From Lama glama (Eukaryota): a stretch of 63,777 bases of DNA. Made by a program: the position numbers and the translations under genes. Location of the stretch: positions 58,344,224 to 58,408,000 of the forward strand of contig CM052817.1 in assembly GCA_028534125.1 (NCBI GenBank). Reading direction: 5' to 3'. Position 1 is the stretch's first letter. Every line of letters begins with the position of its first letter. Below, piece after piece: positions 41,026 to 54,879 of this stretch. A model generated the notes under the pieces. The model was not told the origin of the DNA and ran no database searches. It saw only the letters and a list, made by a program, of their open reading frames with translations.

Positions 41026-41763
41026 TCTAATAAACATAATTTTCATTTGAAACAAAGAAACTGAGGCATGGATATGATAAATATAAGGCACTATTATGAA
41101 TATGAAACAGCCCTCTTCCCATGCAGGTTTTTGGAAAAAAACAACACCTGTTTGTGATTTTGGTCAGTTCAAGGGTAGAGGCAGCTGTCAGAGGAGATAA
41201 GTGAAGAGATTTCTGTGGAAAGAGCTGTTGCCTAAGTTTGAGTCTCCTCCACGGTTTTAGGAGGAAGAGATGGCATTGGGAGGAGTAACTTTCTAATCCC
41301 AAATCTAGTGAAGGGTCTTCAAGAGAATCATTTAGAGTTTCAGGTGTGTTTTGTGCCATTGAAAACACAAGAGACAGATGCTGATGTATGCCTGAGAAAA
41401 ACAAAGCAGAACATGGACAAGATTTTAACACCTGCCAGAAAGTCCGGAGAGTGAGGATGGACTGGCCAGCTGCGAAAGCAGAGGTAGCGTCCTGAGCTCT
41501 CAGAGCTGGTCAGGGAGGCTGAGATGGTTTCTGTGAACTGTCTGGAGTATGAGAAAACCCAGGAGATGGAGGCTAAGGATATACCCATCCAGTCTTAATA
41601 AAGGAACTGCAGAAGAGTTGGCCCACCCAGAAGGAGACCTCGGCAGAGACCACTTTTGTGCCCAGTCACGAGGTCTTAGAGCCAAGTGCAACCTCTTTAA
41701 AACTCCTCTCACCAACTTGGAACGGGGAACCTCTCCCCTATACTTTTCACGCTGGTGCAGGGG

Positions 41764-41948
41764 TGAGGCATTTACTGTGAGGAAGAGGAAGCTTAAGTTT
41801 CATAGCCCTCACTTGTACCTGAGGGCCCTTCACAAAGCCCTAGAAAAGATCCTTTTTTTTTTTCTTTCTTTCTTTTTTTCTGACATTTTTTTTAATGGCT
41901 CTTCCAGATTTTAAACTTCAGGCCTCACAAAACCTAAATCTATCCTTC
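41764..41948 (+). mobile_element. MER91-like hAT-Tip100 (Zaphod-related) MITE
   Basis: gcatttactgtgaggaagaggaagcttaagtttc...ccctcacttg and aacttcaggcctcacaaaacctaaatc ends. Confidence 0.65.
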
Positions 41949-44261
41949 AGTACCACTGCCCTTAGTTCTAGGCAGGCCAAATTCTTGCCTTGGGTTCTGT
42001 ACTTGAGAGGACTGCATTTCTCCCTTCTCTGGAACAAGGTGAGAGTTCCAAAGAGCCAGTGTTTCTATGGCTCTTTGAGCCTTTGCCTCCACCACCCACC
42101 GTGCTAGGAATTCCCATTCAAGTGGTTCTGAGTCCTCCCCTCCCTGATGTACTCCCACACAATGGCCCACAGGGCTGCAAAGGAAGAGGCCATCACCAGC
42201 AGTGGTGGACAGAGCTTAGATGGGCTGAATTCACCCTCTGGCCTGAGGTCCTACTCATGCAGAAAGAAGCCCAAGGTGGGAAGAAAAGAGGGGCAGTCTA
42301 GGTGTTTCATCAGTTAAGCTATATCAATTGCTATCACTTATGAGAGGATCCTTCTGTGTTCATAATATCTATTCACCTTAATGGAAAATGTAGTCTCATG
42401 AGTTACTGATTAATTAAATTTAAAAAAGATTCAAGAAAGTTGATTATTTTTATACTTCATGTGTTACTCAAGAACTAGTGGATTTTAATACTAAATAAAT
42501 AAATAAAAATCCTCAGAGGAACTGCTCCACTTGATTAAGCGTTGTTATTTTTCTCTTTCTGCTCCTTAGCGAGTCATAATATCTGGTCCCTTGTGCAGAA
42601 CAGTCAAGAAATCCTATTGTAACATTTGCATCTGATCTGGCAATCCTTCTTTGTACAGTGAACACACAAATGCTATTTTTCAGTTGAGTTGTAACAGCCT
42701 GGTAAGATGACTGAAGTGTTTCAGTTCATCAGTGCAGTACAGTACCATTGTACTCTTTATAGTGTGATATTGAAATACAGTGTATCAGATCGCTAAAAAA
42801 GACTGCTGATGCACCACCATTGTTGTGGAAGTAGCTCTCATGCACAGATAAAAGTCATGGTGCCACCTTCAGCTGCCCCTGCTGACATCATCCCATGGAA
42901 GAATTCTGTTTGCCGATAAATGAAATAGTTCAACTTTTCTATAATGTGGATAATAACATAAATATTTAATAACACCATAAACAAGGCTATACCACCCAAT
43001 ATTAATTTCCTGTTTTTCCCCTTTCATGATAGACTAATAGAAAAAAATCAAAAGCTTTGAAATCTAACATATCTCTACTTATCAGCAGATGATGTAGAGC
43101 GAGTTAATTTTATTGAAATCCAGTATCTTTATCAATAAAGTAAAGACAACAGCACCTGCTTTCTAAGGTTGTTTAGGTATTCAATATATAAATATAAAAT
43201 GTGTAGAATAATTCTGGGCACAAAAAAGAAAATTAAAAATGACTGATTTAATATCTCTTATAGGAGGAAGTTGGGGGTAAAGGATAGTCGAGGAGGTCTA
43301 TATAAACATGATGTTCCATGGAATTTATAATTTTAGATATTTTCTCAAGTTTACTTATTCATAACATGTAATTACTTATTTTTTAAAGTTATCTTTTTTC
43401 AACTGCTAAATTTGAGTCTCTTTTACAATAAAATCTTTTTCTTAATCTGCTGTGTACTTAGGATAATGATAAATAGTAGGTACTCAAAAATCAAAAATGA
43501 TTAATTTTTATTTATTTTGGGGATAAAATAAGTTATCTTTAATTTAGCAAGTAGAACCAACCATTATAGTTATCTGATACTGTCAAATTGAAAATAAAGT
43601 TAGGTTTGATTTATTCCTAGCCACTGTTAATATTTCAATATTAACATAGAAAATATTTGAATAATTAATATTTGAAGATGCCACATGAATTCAAACAGTA
43701 ATTTTCTCATACAGATTGAAAAGATCTCTGAACTAGGAGTTTGGAAACCTGACTCACTTGTCTGGCACATGATAAGGCTGTTTGTGTTTCTAAACTGTAG
43801 TTCTCTGTAGAACAAACACTGGCAGCACAAACTTCACAGAGACATTCTAAGGAGTGAAAATCTAGGAGAGCATTTTGTAAAATGTGAAGGAGCCTCACTT
43901 TGCTTTTTAGAGAAGTCTATAATAAGCATTGATGACTATTCTCAAATCTCCAAATTAAAGGATCCCCACAATTGCTGAAAAAAATCAATGTTCTTTTAGA
44001 CCAAGTCACTCCCATGCACTCCTATAATATTTGAACACCTCTATTATAGTACTTATTAGACAAAAATAAAATTGCCTTATTCTGTGATATCTCTCACCAC
44101 TTAAGATGAGTATTTTTTGAGGACAGGTATTTTCCATTAGTCTCTTTTTTGATTATTTTTTAATCTCTTGTACTCAACACAAAATTTTATACATTGTAGA
44201 CACTGGAATATTGTTTGTTGAATTTATAAATATATTGTTCAAAATAGTATATTTGTTTATT

Positions 44262-44420
44262 CATTAGCACTTATATAGTTCATACTAAGTGTCATGCATT
44301 ATTCTAAGCTTTACAAATATTAACTCATTTAATCCTCCCAACAATATTCTGTGTTATTATCATCCCCAGGTTATACCTGAGGAAACCAAGGCACATGTAG
44401 ATTAAGAAACTTGTCCCAGA
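44262..44420 (-). mobile_element. MIR SINE
   Basis: ctaagctttacaaatattaactcatttaatcctcccaacaa...ctgaggaaaccaaggcac...ttaagaaacttgtcc. Confidence 0.75.
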
Positions 44421-47400
44421 TGACCCTTTAAAAAAAGAATAAATTATACTTTCCTTTCAGTTACTTTAATTACTAAGTGTAGAACTCGACACACTAGACA
44501 ATCATTTTATTTCATATTCAGTTCTTTTTATAGACTTTTACAACCTAAAAAATGTGAATGTCATTAGAAACCAAGAATGCAAAAGACGATTAGCATTTGC
44601 AAATCAACAGAATAAATAGAGGAACTTAAGTAACACAATTCTTCACTGTTGATTATCACAATCAATCAGTACCTCTTCATTTGTGCACCTATTTCTCCTC
44701 AAATGAGCCAGGAAGAAAACTGTTTTTTTTAATCCTTCTTTCCTGCTTAGTACCATTCATTTTACTAGGTACTTAATACTTTTATTGTTGTTGTTATTTT
44801 CTCTGTTTTTATGTTTCTTTGGAATATAACTTTTATTAAGTCCTTATCAGTAAGGTTAAAGTTGCGTGTTTTGTCAAGGAATAAAAAGGCATATATAAAT
44901 TTAGAGAGGTGGAATAAGGTGGAAAAAAAAGATGCTCTCTTTACCCAGTATATCCATTTAAAATGTCAACATGTTTCCAGAGATACCATAATCTAGTGCA
45001 TCAAAATAAAATTTGTTTTTAATAATATAGAGTTTAGATATTAGATATTACAGAATTAAGCTTAGTATTGTCTCTGTAATTTGGGAATAGAAATGTCTTA
45101 TTCATGGTTCTGTGTGGATGTAAAAGACATAATGGAGATTTGCAAGGATGATATGTACAAAGATAGATTATGGTATAAGAATGGATTTGATAACAGTCAA
45201 TGGATGTAGTGGGCTTCTTGTCATTGAAATTTTTATATGACTATTTTGTATAAATAATGTAGGTGGATTTACGGCCATAGAGGTAATGGGACCCAGTGAT
45301 CTTTAAAACCTCTTCCAATCTGGAGAATCTATTCCAAACAAGATCAGCTGTATTGTGTTATTGTTATTATTATTATTTAAGTCAAAGTGTTATATCCATT
45401 TCTTTGATTTAAAAATGTTATATTTAGCTAAAGATAATTAAGATACAACAATTAAAACAAGAATGTGATTTTTTTTATTTTTTAAACAAAACCAAGTTAT
45501 AAGAAAAGATTTTTAAAGGGTGCTGTGTTTTTATGTGAATCACAATTATTTTTTCTTTGTATTTTCTGAGTTTAGTTATTCCATACCAGTTACAATTTTA
45601 CCATAGGGCTGTTTTTTCTCCCCTGACCTTATCTCCTCTTAAAAGTGGAGAATTTAAAATAAATATTTTGTGAAGTTACCCAGTCTCCTACTATGACATT
45701 GTAAGTTGCTATTTTACATTTCTGTGTATAATGTAATTTCAAAAATTTGACAAAATAAGTAGTAAGAATTAAATATTGGTAAAATTATAGTTTTCTATTT
45801 TTAAGCATTTTTATCATTTAAAAGCTATTCTATTTTGTTTATATTAAGCTATAAACTCTAGTATCTTCTGCACTAAAACCTGTCCCACTCCAGGTGAAAA
45901 TTTACACATTTTTCCTCTCTTACTAACACATCATATTTCAGTATGTTCTTATTTTCTTATCCCATCCCATCACAGACTGACTGAATAATATCAGGGACTA
46001 AGTTAAATGTGTAAATGCCAAAAGTCAATATTAGACTTTATATGTCTATACTTTTCTTTCCTAGTAAGTATGTTATTTCTATCACATTATACATAACTAT
46101 GAAAATAATCCTGTACTTGATCATCCACTCAGAATTTGATAATAGAGTAAAGCTAGAGAAGTAATCTCTTTTTTTTTCTCCTATTTTGCTATTTGAAATT
46201 TACATATTTGAAGAGAAAAATGCTCTTTTGCTTAAACATATAGAACTGAAAATTGTTGCATCATATTGAATTATATATACATGCTTTATCATTTAATTGA
46301 AATAAGAAACAAATTAGAAAGCCTTTTAAAAATGAATGAAAGTTTACTTTCAGAAAGTTGATAATGTCAAAAAATATAATAAGAAGCAGCTGGCTGACAG
46401 CAGTTTTATGATTTAAATTTAATGTAGTTTCTATATATTTCACATCATTAATTACCTAGCAGTTTAAAATTTTTGCATGGTAAATGGCTACCATTTAAAT
46501 TTAAAACTGATTACTTGAGTAAGTTTTATGGTTATAAGATTAATGTGCCACAAAGAAATATTTTCTCCTTATCTTAGAAAGAAAAAAAAAACAACAGGGA
46601 ATGACTTGTTAAATCTACTGTATTATTATCCCAATTATTGATCACATTTTCTCCCATACCTACAGTTGACCTGGAGGTGAAAAGAAATTATTAGAAGCTA
46701 TTTAAAGCTCCCTGAGAGAAATTGGAAATGATTTATTTCACCCATCACCATGATGAGATTGGGAATATAACAGAGTATTACAACATCTTTTATAGTTTTT
46801 ATCTTTTTAACAAGGCTGACAAAGCTTTAAATGTCCTTTGATGACCCAGAGGCCCTGGAGAGCAATCTGTAACTACTTCAGTGTCCTATACAAAGTGAAC
46901 TGAGAGCAAATTAAGTTGAAAAACAAACTAAATGCATTGCCAGGTGTATTGAACATACTGCTCTTTAACTAATCATCTTCAGAATCTTGGTTGAGTTGAA
47001 GGACCAATTTATAAAGGTTGGTCTATGTTGCTACCAGTAAAGACAAAGTTTGGTTAAAGTTTTACTCGTTCTCCATTCCACTGTTAATACAGCGGATAAT
47101 GTCTAATGCCAGTAGAAATTACTTAAGTTTCAAGAGGGCAGACACTTACGTGTATTTCCTGTTAATCAGTACTCTTTTAGTTTATAAATGACTTACTCAA
47201 CTCAAAAAGATCTTAAAGACAAAAACAAAAAAAATTGCAGACTCATACAAATTTAAAATATAAATTTCTTCTGGGAACTTATTCTATATTTTTCTGTTGT
47301 ACATATTTTATTTATCTATGATAATTTTGTGCCAGTAGAAAGAATGCAGTTGTCAAAATAGCTGTTGTGTATACTTTGTAAATTTGATATCAGTTGGCAC

Positions 47401-48021
47401 AGAAGTAATTCATGGTTTCAGTTTCAGGGTTCAGAGATATTTCTGGGCTTGTTAAATTTGTAGATATTAAGCAATGATCATTCCTCCTGCCCCAAATTAA
47501 AAATATCAAAAAAAAAACTCAATAAAAATTTCATATTATAATTGCATTATAATTATACAGATGATGATATTTAAAATCTGTAAATATTATTGTACAATAT
47601 GTTACAAATTAGTATTTCTGTTACTTTATTTAAAAAAAAATCAAAACCAACCAATGAGATATATGTTAATCTGAAAGCAGGAATTTATCAAGTGTAAAAT
47701 GTTACTTCTAAGCCATTTAAATTGACAGAATAATAACAAATGCAAACTAATTCATATGAAACCAAAAAACCATGTTTATGCTTCATAGATAAAAAAATTG
47801 TGGAATATGTGTATTATCATTTCACTGTCTAAAATAAAAGCTCATAGAAATTGTATATAAAAATGGACCACATATGTGCTGTTTACTGCACTGCTTACAT
47901 ACTAATCTGAAGGAGGATTGTTGGTAAGCTGCAACAGTTCAACTTTAGGCCAGAATCATTCAGCATTTTTATTATGTGTTCAATGATAATTGAAACCCCC
48001 TTTTAAAAGAGTTAGAAAAAT

Positions 48022-48600
48022 GACGCAGCTGTGGAAGAAAGACAGTATGGTATTTCCTCAAAAAATTAAATATAACATATCATCTGAAAGTTCCACTTTT
48101 TTATATATACCCCAAAGAATTAAAAGTAGAGACTCTAACAGATATTTGCACACCCATGTTCATAGCAGCATTTTCCACAATATACAGTAGATGAAAGCAC
48201 CCCAATGGCCATTGACAGATGAATGGATAAACAAAATATAGTACATACAAACAACAGAATGTTATTCAGCCTTAAAAAGGAAGGAAATCCCCCCACCTAA
48301 ATAAATAAATAAACGGACATGCTTAAAAAGGAAGGAAATCCTGATATATGCTACAGAATGGACGAAACTTGATGAATTATACTCAATCATATGAGCCAGC
48401 CACAAAAGAACAAGGAAGCTAGTGGGAATGGGGGATTATTATTTAATGGATGTGGAGCTTCAGTCTGGGGAGATAAAAGAGTTCTGGAGATGGATGGTGG
48501 TGGTGGTTGCACAACAGTGTGAATGTATTTAATGCCACCCAACCCTACATTTTAAAATGATTAAAATTTTAAGTTTTATGTTATAAATATTCTACCACTT
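48022..48600 (+). mobile_element. L1MA/MB-like ORF2 end and 3' UTR
   Basis: gcacacccatgttcatagcagcatt...gacagatgaatggataaacaaaat...gttctggagatggatggtggtggtggttgcacaacagtgtgaatgtatttaatgcc. Confidence 0.85.
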
Positions 48601-48789
48601 ACACACACACAGAGTACAGGGCTCTGAGAAAGGTAGTTTAATATGTTGTTACAGCATGTCCCAAATACCATCTACCAAAGATTAGTGCCAAGGTGATGGT
48701 TCACATAAGCAGCGGTTAAATACATGATTCCAAGAGCTTATGCTAGGAGATTCATCTTTCCAAACCAGGCTTTCTAGTTCTGTAAGTTC

Positions 48790-49500
48790 AGCATTCTAAT
48801 TATCTTCTCTCTTAGGATGTCTCAAAAGCATCACAAACTCAGCATGGCTAATTGTAAATTTCCTGCCTAACAACCATCCCACAAACTTAAATAAATAATC
48901 AAAGACATTTTCCTAAGACCGCTTTCTCCTCAGGTGTTAGCTAGCTTAGTAAATGATTTTACCATCTACTAATTGTTCATTTTTGAAACCAAAGATGGTT
49001 CCTGATATCAAGGCTCTCCAGCAGATTTTCTCTGCACTGCTGCCACCTTACAAAGAATTCACAGCTGATCTCAGTAACCTAAGTGGAATTCCACATTTAT
49101 TCTTGTCTCTCCTTCCAGACAGTCTTCACAACTCAGACATCTTTCAAAAGTGAGATCTCAAAATCATTATCTTTAGCATCAAGTTAAAGCCATTCTGATA
49201 TGTCCTTCAGGGCCTTAAATTGTCTAGCTCCTTTCCATCTCTCCCTTTGTCCTGTCTTAAGCCAATTCTCTTATTCTCTCCGCTCACACTGGCCTTTCAG
49301 TTCTTAAATACATACTTCCTTCTTTTGCTTAGGGCTTTAATATATTTTGTTTAATTTGCCTAGAATTCTCCTCTTACCTTGTATGCTAGCTGGCTTCTTC
49401 TATTCATCTGTTTTTATGGTAGTTTTTTTTTTCTAAGTAAGGAGACTCTATTTTATGCTTTACATTCTAAGTTCTCCTTTACGTTACTTATCATAGAAAT
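48790..49500 (+). mobile_element. L2 fragments
   Basis: ggatgtctcaaaagcatcacaaactcagcatg...ctcacactggcctttcagttctta...ttgcctagaattctcct. Confidence 0.6.
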
Positions 49501-52500
49501 AGTTAAATATATGAAAATGTAACCTCATCACATTGTGGTCATCAGTCCTTAAAGTTAGACTTTCCCTTGATTTCCAAATAAAAAGTCATAGACTTTACTC
49601 CCAGGAACTGTGTTAAATACAAAGATTCTCACCTCCATGCCTACATCTCAGGAAATCATCAATAATGATTTCTTTCTCCCGGTCATATCTTCATCGTATA
49701 TACAGTGTCCTGCCATCAGTGTCCTAAAGTTCCCCTGAAGTCCTGACATGGACTCTTCCGCTGTTTTCTTTCCTCGGTGTTCTCTTGCTGCTTTTCTCTT
49801 CCTGTTTTTAATTTCCTTAGTATTTTTTTCAAGATCCTTCTCCACCTTTTTTACCCTCATCCTGTATATGCCCCATGCTCACTCCAAAGTTGCCCTTTGA
49901 AAACAGATTCTGGAAAATAATATTAGTTGTCTATAACCACAGTTGTCATCTTCTTTCTTAAAATACCTCTTTTCTGTTTTGAAATTAGCCATATACCTGC
50001 CACAGATGGTGAATTATGTCTAGTCTGAGGCTTCCTTGGTCATGACAAGACCATTTGCACATTGTAGGCTTTTGTCTTCAGGTGAGTGTGTAAGTCAATT
50101 ATAGACAAGGATACCTACTAAGAAGTCAACTAAGGGCTTCTGAGAAATATTTTTCTCCTGATACATGGTTGAAAAACTCTTTATTGTCCTTTTGTCTCCT
50201 TTCCTGCTTGGGATTTTGTCTATGAAGACAGTACACTGAGACTTTCGGCACCCATCTGGAGATTAAGATTCTAGTTAAATACCTAGGCACGTAAACTAAT
50301 ACTCTGAGAAGAATGTCAAATCAACCATTAGCTACCATACTGTATGTTAGATAAATGTCTTTACCCTTACGGGGAATTCTGTTTCATAATACTTGACACA
50401 TGCAGAATTTCTTTTATTTTCTTAAACAAAGCAACTAACTTTTGTCTTCAGTTGTCTCACTTAGATTATGCCCAGAAGTTCTTCTCATTTTAAAAAAAAA
50501 GTCACTTCATATAGATCATAGATGCCCTTTTCTCAGAATTTCCATGTACAGCATTTTCTCTTTTTATAAATAGTATTTCCTTCCACTATATACTTATTTG
50601 TTAAGGATTTATCACAATATATATACTTTTAATTTGGTGTGTGGAAGGAACCTTTTCCTTTTTCACCATTGCATTTGAAGGCCTTAGCATAGCACCAGAT
50701 TCATAGGGGCTAAAAGCATGTGCGGAATAAATGGTTGAAACAATGAATAGTAGTCTAGCTTTATGTGGATTGTAGTAGAGAGGTCAACACAAGTTAGCGG
50801 GAAGCCCTCTCATAAGAAGTGATATTTTAACAGTCTTAAATGTGCATAAGGATTTACCACATGGAATAAATGGAGAAGGTCAGGCCTTCAGAGATAGCAT
50901 GTTCCCTGTCGCTGAACAGCCATTTGTGAGGAGATTTATTACGAGTGGTTAAACTACATGATCATTTAAGTCCTCTGTAGTCCAATATTTATAAGTAAAA
51001 AAGCCCCATGTATCTAAAGATAATATGTATGGAAAAAAAGTCCTCCAAAGGACTTTTGAACTACTGAATCCTGTAAATAGGAAGACCAAAATTTTGTAAG
51101 AAGAGTGAAAAAAGAACTAAGTGCTAAAAACTGAGACAACATGAGAATAATTTGTTTACCTTATATTTTACAACATTTAAGTTATAATAACAACTTTGGG
51201 GAAAGTGTAATATTTTGAACAACGTAGAATGATAGCTGTTAAGATATGACATCCTTTACTTCAATTGTATGTAATTATGTTAAGAGGATCATTTTCACAT
51301 AGTCTACTAGGATTTCATTGGCTTTCCCAAAATCCTTTAAAAATCATCAATTAAGGTAAAAATTATCTTTCAAGCACCTCGTATTGAAGGTGGGGATAGG
51401 AATGGGATGAGACTGTTTGAGAGAGGATACTTTTATAAGTTGTCAGTTCACTTGTGAATATTTTATTGTATGGCAAATTTTACTTCTCTATACAGAACCA
51501 TAAATATAGGGACTTGGGTAATAAATACGAGGGTAATGAGAATGCTTGGTACTTTATTGAGTTCTGGGATTAATAATTAATGATGTGGGCAGACAATTTT
51601 CCAAATCCATGATTAAGTTTTCTCTGATAACTAAAACCATTTTTCAACTTTTATTTCTTTCAAAGAGCATACTATCTTGATTCATGGTTCAGTATATTGT
51701 ACAGGGTCATTAACACCAGTGTACTGAGGGAGGATGAAGAGAAAATATTTCCACATAGAGAAATTTAACATCTCAAATGTTAAAAGTGAATTCCAGTATC
51801 TTATACGTCAATCTTATAAGTGAAAACCTTATTTTTACCTGCAAGTGAGAACTAGTATGCTCTTCTAAGATTTACAATTTTTAAGACAGATTTACACAAT
51901 ACACAGGACAGTGGTAAAAAGCTCAGTCTTGGGAGTCAACATTCTTGTAATATCAATTGAGATTTCACTAATGTTGGGCAATGTGAGAAATCATCAACTT
52001 AACATTACTTCTAAATTCTTGCTCTGTCTTTTGAAAGTTTGGTGACCTTGAGAAGGCTACATAATCTCTCTGAATCTTAGGAATTTACACACTGGAATTC
52101 TATGCTTAATTTATAGACTCATTAGAGGGATTTTTAAGAAGGCTGCGAAATATCAAGTATATCATTGGTGCTCAATCAGTGGTAGCTAGAATTTTTATTG
52201 AAGACTATGTGCTTTTCTCAAATAAAAAATAAAATAGAATTCTGCCACTTAATTAACTCCCTGCACCTTAAAACTCGTGGTCCCTACTCCAGCATACTTT
52301 CAGAAGTTCTTGCTATAGGTAAGAAATGGGTCCCCTGCGTTATATAGCCATTAGTTCAAAACAATATTCTTTTTCAACTCCTTGTATGGCTTTGTTGCTG
52401 CCTGTATCCCTTGCCTTGATTTCTGACCCTGATTCACCTTGTTGGGCACCTGATTTCTATAGTTTCTCTTCATTCCCATTTGGCATTCTTTTTAGATGCT

Positions 52501-54336
52501 CTCATAATTTTTAGTTCCTGCTCTTCATGTGGTTTCAACATTACCCTGTCTGTAAATTTATTTACTAAATATTAAAATGACTTAATTATTTTCTACTCCT
52601 ATAATCTTGATTCAGTGGTTCCCTGAAGTAACTGTATGTCTGAACACTAATGTAGTATATCATCCCCTCCTTCAGTTATAGATATTGGATTCTATGCTGG
52701 GAAAGTCACTTAAGTTTTTGAGCTAATATTCAATAACATAACCAAAGAGTGTTATCATTAGATTACAGTACTTTAAAGATAAGGAGCAATTTAAATGCTG
52801 AGTATTGTTATGAATTTGACTTGAACTAAGATGACTGTTAATGGCCAATCTGGTGCTGATCTCCCAAATTGGTTAGCTTATTAAGACTTGATACTTTTGC
52901 CTACTTACTTTAGAAATGGGCTTTTATCCATCTATTAGGTAGTTACAGCTTAGCTGCACTATCACCTACTTTACTTCATCCTCATGGGAAACTGAGTGTC
53001 TAAAACAACAGATGGCAATGTATTTCATGCCAGCAAATACATAAATTTTATTTCCCCAAATAAATAATAACTTATTGTACAGTTTGTTCTATTTGAGCTA
53101 GAAGATTCACACTAATTTATATATGGGCACATAAAAAGGCAAAGAGACGTAGCATGTAATTCTAAGAATAACACAAATGAACAATGATTTATAGTTAATG
53201 TATTGTTCTCATTTATTTTTAGTGACAGTTTTAAATATACGACAGTTATTATTATTTTATAGATATAGAGGTTGAGGAACCAAACTTTGAAGTGCACACA
53301 GTTATTCAGTTTGGGGTTCTATATGGTAAGTAGCTTATTTCCATAATTATTAGGCCCTTGCAGCAGTGGAATAAAATGGGGAGGTGGCAAATCAAACCTT
53401 TGCTTTTATTGCTGAAAGACAGTCTACCATTAAAATTAATTAAGATCAATTCACGTTTTAATTTTCACCACGAAAGAAACCCATTCAAATAATATCTTTT
53501 GCAAAAATGTTTTAATGTGGTTATCTGCTCAAAGTTTAAAAATAAACAGAAACATCTCAAAGAATAAATAGGACCTATTTCATAATGTAACTTTAACAAA
53601 ACTGCTGGAACATAATTTAGGTAACACGGATTCAGACTGACTCAATGAAAGCATGATAGATTGCACTTGAAGACACAATTAAAGAACTTGATAGAATGGC
53701 CTCAGTTCCTATGGTGATAGTGACAGAACTATTGAAGGGTAGTTTGAAAAGCATCAGAGAATCATTGTGTTCTTTTCAGAAAGTGATCTGTGACAGATTT
53801 ATTAAAAAGAAGAAAATAGAAAAATTTATATGTGAAATTATTTTGCTCAATAGTATTTGTATTGAGGATTTGAAATTTAAGGCAAAGGCCTTCAATATGG
53901 AATGTTGACCTAAAGATTCAAATGAAATTGAAAGCAATAAATTTATCAATAGATTTCCTATATTCACTATTTATAAAATGTGAAAAGATTGTATTTATTA
54001 GAATTGATTTGTACTCATAAACTGAGGAATGACTGATTTTCATTTTTCCAAATGTTTACGAGTTCCTCTGGTTAACTTTTGAGTGAATGTATCGGTCAAA
54101 CTCCACTGGGTGTAATCAGCCATGATTAAGTCAATCAATATTTTCTTTGAAATAGATTGAAACTAAATAGGGAAACCCCAAAGAAAGAAAAAGTCATCAA
54201 ATACAAAGAATTGAAGAAAGACCAATATGAATCATTATTTATTTGTTATGATTTCTAGAAAGGCAACAATCTCAAAATTCTAAAAGTAAAAATAATGCAC
54301 AGTTACTTTTTACTAACTGAAACGTGTCCGTAACAC

Positions 54337-54482
54337 CAGCAGGTCTCATTTTGCATGGTTCCATAGCAACCAAAACCCATGCTTATTGGAACTGTGTTCT
54401 TGCTTTGATCAAATTTCACTTAGCACGATATGTATGAATGTCAGTTAACATGATACCATGCAAAGAAGAGAAAATTCCTATG
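54337..54482. mobile_element. Short Tigger-type MITE with terminal inverted repeats
   Basis: ctcattttgcatggt near the left end pairs imperfectly with accatgcaaagaagag near the right end; TIR type resembles the Tigger end at about 31380. Confidence 0.5.
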
Positions 54483-54879
54483 TTATACTTCATAAGAAGA
54501 CAAAGCAAGAACTATCAATCAATATACACTGGGTATATAAAGTGTATTTTTTCTTACTACATTTTCATCATAACTAAGAAGCAGCACACATTACCCATAT
54601 ACTCAAGACACAAAATTTTTTCTAATGTTGTCTTAAATAATTTTCTTTTACAAACTATTTGAGGGAACTTTTGTAGCATTTTTATGGCAATTGATTGTTT
54701 AATCATGAAAGATACTTATTTCTTAATTTAAAATGTAGGGTTTTTTTTAACCTTGCTGTATTCTACAACCAGTTAGAAGTAGCATCACAGAAATATATGA
54801 AATGTTATAAGAAATTAGAGCTAGAATAAAGAAAAATCTGTATCAAGCCAGAGAAAAATACAAATCCTAAAATATAATA

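Noticed and set aside
40445..42301. Cluster of 66-134-aa ORFs on both strands
   Set aside because: They run through L1, MER91 and poly-T sequence, overlap in conflicting frames and resemble no protein I know.
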